Assembly (NCBI GenBank): GCA_902782125.1 | Contig: CACZMA010000003.1 | Location: 87,429-151,428 of the forward strand | DNA length: 64,000 nt | Source: Oscillospiraceae bacterium | GTDB lineage: Bacteria; Bacillota; Clostridia; Saccharofermentanales; Saccharofermentanaceae | Reading direction: 5' to 3' | In this document: piece after piece, positions 59,542 through 64,000 of the stretch | Position numbering within the stretch: position 1 is the stretch's first letter | Layout of the letters: the number at the start of each line of letters is the position of its first letter | The notes under the pieces: generated by a model | What the model saw: only the letters and a program-made list of their open reading frames with translations | Told to the model about the DNA's origin: nothing | Database searches by the model: none | Translations under genes and position numbers: made by a program

Positions 59542-59551
59542 ATCTGTCTCC

Positions 59552-60535
59552 TCACAGGTTGTGGTAGATGTTCACTATGTCTTCGTGCGTAAGCGCCACC
59601 GGGTTGTTCGAGAGCCTGTCGAGATTGACGCTGTCTGCAAGACCGTCATAATCTTCTTCGGCTATCTCCGGCTTCGGGAGTGCCAGGTATTCGAAGAATT
59701 CCCTGAACTGCGCCTTGTAGTCTTCGACGAACTTCATGTTGTCCGTCCTGCCTTCCATGAAGTCCCACAGTGCGTTAACGCAGAGGAGCGCCGCATGTCC
59801 GTGGGCAAGCCCGTACTTTGTCGTAAGCTTGTAGCAGAGGGCGTGGCCTCCGGTCGTTTTCGTTATGTTGATGGCTTCGCCTGCTTCGAATGCAGCATCC
59901 ATCATCGCACCGAAGGTCGTATCGTCGCTCTCGAGATAGGCCTTGTAGCCGGTAAAGATCTTATCGAGCGCGCTGTATGAGAACTTCCTGCTCTCTTCGC
60001 ATGTGGCGGCAGACCATGCGGATTCGACTGCATGGCAGACCGCATCCGACAGTGTCGCCTTCTTCTGATAGAGCGGCAGGCCTTCCAATACGGAAGGATC
60101 GATGAGGACCACATCCGGCAGCATAGAATCAGATGTCAGAGATGTCTTGGTGCCGTTATCGTAGATGACCGCAAATCTCGTTGCCTCGCTTCCCGTTCCG
60201 GCCGTGGTCGGGATGGCTGCAAAAGGCACCTTAAGTTCACCTTCGAACTTTATGGCCTTGGCAACATCCATCGCACTTCCGCCGCCTGCACCGACGATCG
60301 TATCGGCACCGCTCTCCCTGAATGCTTCAATGCCCTTCACAACGGAAGAGTGATCCGGGTTAGGCGTAAAATCCCTGAAGTAAGTGATCCTGAATCCGAC
60401 AGCCGCCAGGCAGTCAAGGAACCTTCCGGGCGCAATGCCTGCGAACGAATTGCCGCACACCACGAACAGGCTCTTAAGACCTCTCGCGGACAGCCACCTT
60501 GCAAACTCGTTGTAGTCTCTTATAACTTCGCTCAT
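59552..60535 (-). CDS. Iron-dependent (group III) alcohol dehydrogenase, probable phosphonoacetaldehyde reductase
   Basis: GAGGGSAMDVAK, IPTTAGTGSE, DAVCHAVES, GHALCY...HGH. Lies between pepM and ppd. Confidence 0.85.
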   Translation of the reverse strand: MSEVIRDYNEFARWLSARGLKSLFVVCGNSFAGIAPGRFLDCLAAVGFRITYFRDFTPNPDHSSVVKGIEAFRESGADTIVGAGGGSAMDVAKAIKFEGELKVPFAAIPTTAGTGSEATRFAVIYDNGTKTSLTSDSMLPDVVLIDPSVLEGLPLYQKKATLSDAVCHAVESAWSAATCEESRKFSYSALDKIFTGYKAYLESDDTTFGAMMDAAFEAGEAINITKTTGGHALCYKLTTKYGLAHGHAALLCVNALWDFMEGRTDNMKFVEDYKAQFREFFEYLALPKPEIAEEDYDGLADSVNLDRLSNNPVALTHEDIVNIYHNL

Positions 60536-62541
60536 AATTCCTCCGGAATAAGCCTGATGATCTGCTTGAATCCCATCAGGTGTTCGTCAGCTTCCTTCGC
60601 GCGGTGATTCTTAAGGATCTCCTCGGCAGTCTGCTGCATCGCGGGAACCTCTGCTCTCATGAGCTGGTTCGCATATATGACGACATTGACACCGAGCTTC
60701 TTCCACTCGTCTTCCTTAACGGAATTGAACGATGTGGGAACGATGACTATCGGTGTGACCTTGTCCTGACTTCTGAACTTGTTGATGAACTCGATGATCT
60801 CATCCGGGTCAGGTCTTCTCGAGTGGATCATGATGCCGTCTGCGCCAGCCTTGACGAAAGCAAACGCACGCTCCAGAGCGTCCTCCATTCCGCGCTCCAG
60901 GATAAGGCTCTCGATCCTGGCGATGATCATGAAGTCAGATGACTTCTGCGCCTTCTTGCCGGCAGCGATCTTCGCGCTCATCTCCTCTATCGTAGCCTGT
61001 GTCTGCTCGACTTCGGTACCGAACAGGGAATTCTTCTTGAGGCCCTTCTTATCCTCGATGATGACGGCAGATACGCCGAGCTTCTCGAGTGATCTTACCG
61101 TGTATACGAAATGCTCCGTAAGTCCGCCTGTATCTCCGTCGAAGATGATCGGCTTCGTCGTGACTTCGGTGATATCGTCTATCGTCCTGAACCTTGATGT
61201 CATGTCGACGAGCTCGATATCGGGCTTGCCCTTCGCGGTCGAATCGCAAAGCGATGATATCCACATGCCGTCGAACTGATAAGATGCGCCGCCGTCGTGG
61301 ACCACCGTATTCTCTACAATGAGTCCGCTGATGCCGTCATGCGCTTCCATCATCGTTACAAGGCCCTTCATCGCGATGAGCTTCCTGAGCCTTCCGCGCC
61401 TGTTATCGGGCAGCGAGAGCTCGAGTCTCGCGCGGTTATCAACTTCCTTGAGCCTGGGATCGGATGAATAAGGGAACTCGACGAGCCTGCCGCCGTATGT
61501 TCCGAGAAGTTCTATTACCTCCTCACGGATGCTCTTCTGGAATCCTTCCTTCCAGTTATCGCCGTGAACTATGATGTCCGGATGATACTGCTCGATCACA
61601 TCCTTGTAGCTGAGCGTATCCTGTTCAACTACCTTCCAGACGCCCTTTACCGACTTGAACATCGCGCAGCGCTCCTCGAAAGGAACGAGCGGATAGCGCT
61701 TGTAGGATGCCACTGCCTCATCGCTCATGACGCCGGCTATCACTCTTCCGAGCCTTACCGCTCTCTTGATGAGCTTAAGGTGTCCGCTGTGCAGGATGTC
61801 CGTAGAGAAACAGATATATACCGTCGTGTTCTTGATGGCTTCGAGCCTGTCCGATACAGTCTTCAGATCCTCGGGGTTATCGACCTCGCCGCAGAGCATC
61901 TCTCCGACGTCGTACGGCTTGATCTCAGTATCAGCGGAGACCTCATTAAGAGCCTTCTCCGCATAGCAGTTTGTGTTGTCTTCTTCGCAGTATCTTACGA
62001 TGGCAGCAAGCCACACTTCCCAGTCCTTGCGTGTGAGCTTGTACAGGGGCTGAGCTGCTACCGCGTCATCGAAAAACTCCACTCCTACCTTCGTGATCCT
62101 GCCGCCTTCCACGACCGCCTTGAAGTCCTTCTCGGGAAGAGGAACTGAAGAAGATACCGTCATGGCAGAACCTTCCTGCTCGAGCATGCCGTCCAATACG
62201 GCATTCTCGAAAACAAGGTCTCCGTGCATGAGCAGGATGTCGTCATGGAGAAGCTCTCTTGCCATGTATATCGAGTAGATGTAGTTCGTCTTGTCATAGA
62301 CGGGGTTCGCTACATATGTGATGTTTATCGGCAGTCTGAGAGACGCGATGTAGCTCTCGAGCACATCTGCAAAAGGGCCCGTCGTCATGACGATGTCGGT
62401 GATGCCGACATCAGCGAGCTGGCTGAGCTGCCTGCTTACGATCGTCTTGCCGATGGAGAGTTCCGTCATGCATTTGGGATGCTCGTTTGTAAGGTCTCCC
62501 ATTCTCTTGCCGAGTCCGGAGTTAAGGATAAGTGCTTTCAT
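60532..62541 (-). CDS. pepM: Triple fusion: NTP-transferase + TagD-like cytidylyltransferase + PEP phosphomutase
   Basis: NSGLGKRMG...HPKC (NTP transferase), DILHSGH and VHGDNW (HxGH cytidylyltransferase), MEAHDGISG and EDKKGLKKNS (EDK-X5-NS PepM motif). ATG 62541 overlaps the upstream TAA. Confidence 0.95.
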   Translation of the reverse strand: MKALILNSGLGKRMGDLTNEHPKCMTELSIGKTIVSRQLSQLADVGITDIVMTTGPFADVLESYIASLRLPINITYVANPVYDKTNYIYSIYMARELLHDDILLMHGDLVFENAVLDGMLEQEGSAMTVSSSVPLPEKDFKAVVEGGRITKVGVEFFDDAVAAQPLYKLTRKDWEVWLAAIVRYCEEDNTNCYAEKALNEVSADTEIKPYDVGEMLCGEVDNPEDLKTVSDRLEAIKNTTVYICFSTDILHSGHLKLIKRAVRLGRVIAGVMSDEAVASYKRYPLVPFEERCAMFKSVKGVWKVVEQDTLSYKDVIEQYHPDIIVHGDNWKEGFQKSIREEVIELLGTYGGRLVEFPYSSDPRLKEVDNRARLELSLPDNRRGRLRKLIAMKGLVTMMEAHDGISGLIVENTVVHDGGASYQFDGMWISSLCDSTAKGKPDIELVDMTSRFRTIDDITEVTTKPIIFDGDTGGLTEHFVYTVRSLEKLGVSAVIIEDKKGLKKNSLFGTEVEQTQATIEEMSAKIAAGKKAQKSSDFMIIARIESLILERGMEDALERAFAFVKAGADGIMIHSRRPDPDEIIEFINKFRSQDKVTPIVIVPTSFNSVKEDEWKKLGVNVVIYANQLMRAEVPAMQQTAEEILKNHRAKEADEHLMGFKQIIRLIPEEL

Positions 62542-64000
62542 TACCATTCCCCCTCATATGTCCAATTGTCTTTGTTCCACAGATCGTCTTTTACGGAATA
62601 CCAGTATCCGGGAAGATACGTGGTGCCGTTGTTCTTGTCTACTTCCCACTCCGTGGAATTGAAGAGAAGCAGATCGCCGTATTTGTCTTCGTTCGTGATC
62701 GGGTTGCCCGTGTAAGGGTTAACCGGATCGTCTACAACATCCTTCAGTGCAAGATACGGTGTATCCGCATTGGTCATGAATTCGTCTGAAGTGGTAAAGC
62801 CCGTGGCGCCGAAGTCCTTGACCATGAACAGCGGCGTGAACCACTCCGCATCGAGTCCGACCTCGAGGTCAGACAGGAACAGATCCGAGAATCCTCCGAG
62901 ACCCGATCCGTGATCTGCGACCACGATGATCTTCGTGTTGTCATACACGCCCTGCTCACGCAGATAGTCGAGCCAGTCGGCAAGTGCATAGAGCGATGCG
63001 GTGTTGATCTGATAGTGTGCGTAATCGAACGAGTCGAGCATGATCATGGTCTTGCCGTTAACGGTGAACCTCGCCATGTTCGTCTGATCGAATACGGTGT
63101 TGTCGATATAATCTGCAGGCAGATAATCGGGCTCAGACAGGAGCGCCGGATTGTGTGTCGACTTGCATGTGAAGAACAGGAAATTGTTCGAAGATCCGTT
63201 ATCGATTATGGTCATAGATTCAAGGCCCAGGAGCGCATAGTACTCGGACTCAAAATCCTTGTTGTGTCCGTATGCCGTGGAAGGGCCCGTGATGACCTGC
63301 GAAGACTCTGAGATATCGACCAGCGTCGTCTCGTTGTAATTGCCGTTGTCGTAGAAGATGCTCTGCAGGAGAACGGGCGCCGACTTGTAGAGCGAATACG
63401 AGAAGAGGTTGTGTCTGATCTCATCGTCGTATGCTTTGCCGAAATCTATTCTCGAATACTTGAAGAGCGTGTTGTATGCCTTAACGCCTTCCATGTCATC
63501 GAAGATGCCGAGGCTCGGATACCAGGTGTAGCCCGCATAAGAAGGATTGATCATGACGGAATTGAATCCGTTCTCCGAGAAGATCGCGGGAAGCACCTTG
63601 AGCGCTTCGTCGTGCTTATCCATGAGAAGCTCGTCGTCTCTTGCATTGAGCTTGTCGGGAGTATATTCGTATCCGCCGTAGAGTGCCGGTGCCGCGAAGT
63701 TCGTCCACGCACCGAATGAGATGGTGTTGCTGTAGTAAGTAAATCCGTCGAGTCTCTCTTCAAGGTCAGGGTGCTCTGCAAGGATATAGGGGATCATCGG
63801 TCCTATCGCACGGTCGAGCATGATGACGACGACGTTCTGTCCTTCTGTGGACAGGGTGAACTCCGGCATCTCGGTCGAATACTGACCCTTGACTGTCTTA
63901 TATCCCTCTTCGATCTTAACGGCGTTGACGATACCCATTACAAAGAACACAAGCGAAGCGGATATCGCGATGACCGCAGCAGCAGTTCTTGCAAATCTTA
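62541..64000 (-). CDS. LtaS/sulfatase-fold (alkaline phosphatase superfamily) membrane phosphotransferase, 5' end outside the window
   Basis: Frame stays open to 64000 (a TM helix precedes the domain). VMLDRAIG, AWTN (Thr nucleophile position), STHNP, VADHG motifs. Confidence 0.75.
   Translation of the reverse strand, partial: RFARTAAAVIAISASLVFFVMGIVNAVKIEEGYKTVKGQYSTEMPEFTLSTEGQNVVVIMLDRAIGPMIPYILAEHPDLEERLDGFTYYSNTISFGAWTNFAAPALYGGYEYTPDKLNARDDELLMDKHDEALKVLPAIFSENGFNSVMINPSYAGYTWYPSLGIFDDMEGVKAYNTLFKYSRIDFGKAYDDEIRHNLFSYSLYKSAPVLLQSIFYDNGNYNETTLVDISESSQVITGPSTAYGHNKDFESEYYALLGLESMTIIDNGSSNNFLFFTCKSTHNPALLSEPDYLPADYIDNTVFDQTNMARFTVNGKTMIMLDSFDYAHYQINTASLYALADWLDYLREQGVYDNTKIIVVADHGSGLGGFSDLFLSDLEVGLDAEWFTPLFMVKDFGATGFTTSDEFMTNADTPYLALKDVVDDPVNPYTGNPITNEDKYGDLLLFNSTEWEVDKNNGTTYLPGYWYSVKDDLWNKDNWTYEGEW

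Noticed and set aside
1-64000. tRNA, rRNA, CRISPR array, transposase, integrase or prophage genes
   Set aside because: None were recognisable by eye. Intergenic gaps are short and accounted for. tRNAscan or Infernal would be needed to exclude small RNAs formally.

Overview
64 kb of chromosomal core-plus-accessory DNA from an anaerobic, moderately GC-rich Firmicute. The gene content is Clostridia-like; a gut or rumen lineage is an inference, not verified. Most genes lie on the minus strand. In order: the 5' end of a DNA alkylation repair gene, rlmD-folD-fchA, an SH3-NlpC/P60 hydrolase, rpoBC with its own perfect sigma-A promoter, two acidic PPIase-like surface proteins flanking gatCAB plus a CNNM/CorC gene, glf, a PfkB kinase, a streptococcal/clostridial-order fab/acc operon lacking fabT and acp but preceded by twin FabT-type boxes, a vapBC module, an asparaginase-like gene, xth, DUF4236, a two-gene SufC/SufB-like system, Nudix, Sel1, SseB, CAP, a three-gene pnt transhydrogenase, GT2, a serpin lipoprotein, a zinc-ribbon/Yip1-like gene, an anti-sigma/ECF sigma pair, a degenerate GGDEF-EAL protein, a HAD protein, a CMP-kinase-like protein, and a tightly coupled phosphonate operon running off the right edge. 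The operon encodes an LtaS-like transferase, an NTP-transferase/cytidylyltransferase/PEP mutase triple fusion, an Fe-ADH, Ppd, a TagF-like transferase and a DedA protein. Three observations stand out. (1) The same promoter-like motif, TGCAACATTT-N9/10-GTCTGTAT, sits 31-32 nt upstream of both the ECF sigma gene and the serpin gene, suggesting an ECF-controlled anti-protease envelope defence module. (2) The phosphonate operon points to a 2-hydroxyethylphosphonate-decorated, teichoic-acid-like wall polymer. (3) RpoB carries several substitutions at rifampicin-contact residues (Q513A, H526N, I572M). I saw no tRNA, rRNA, CRISPR array or transposase. Several start codons were moved from the ORF track to RBS-supported positions.
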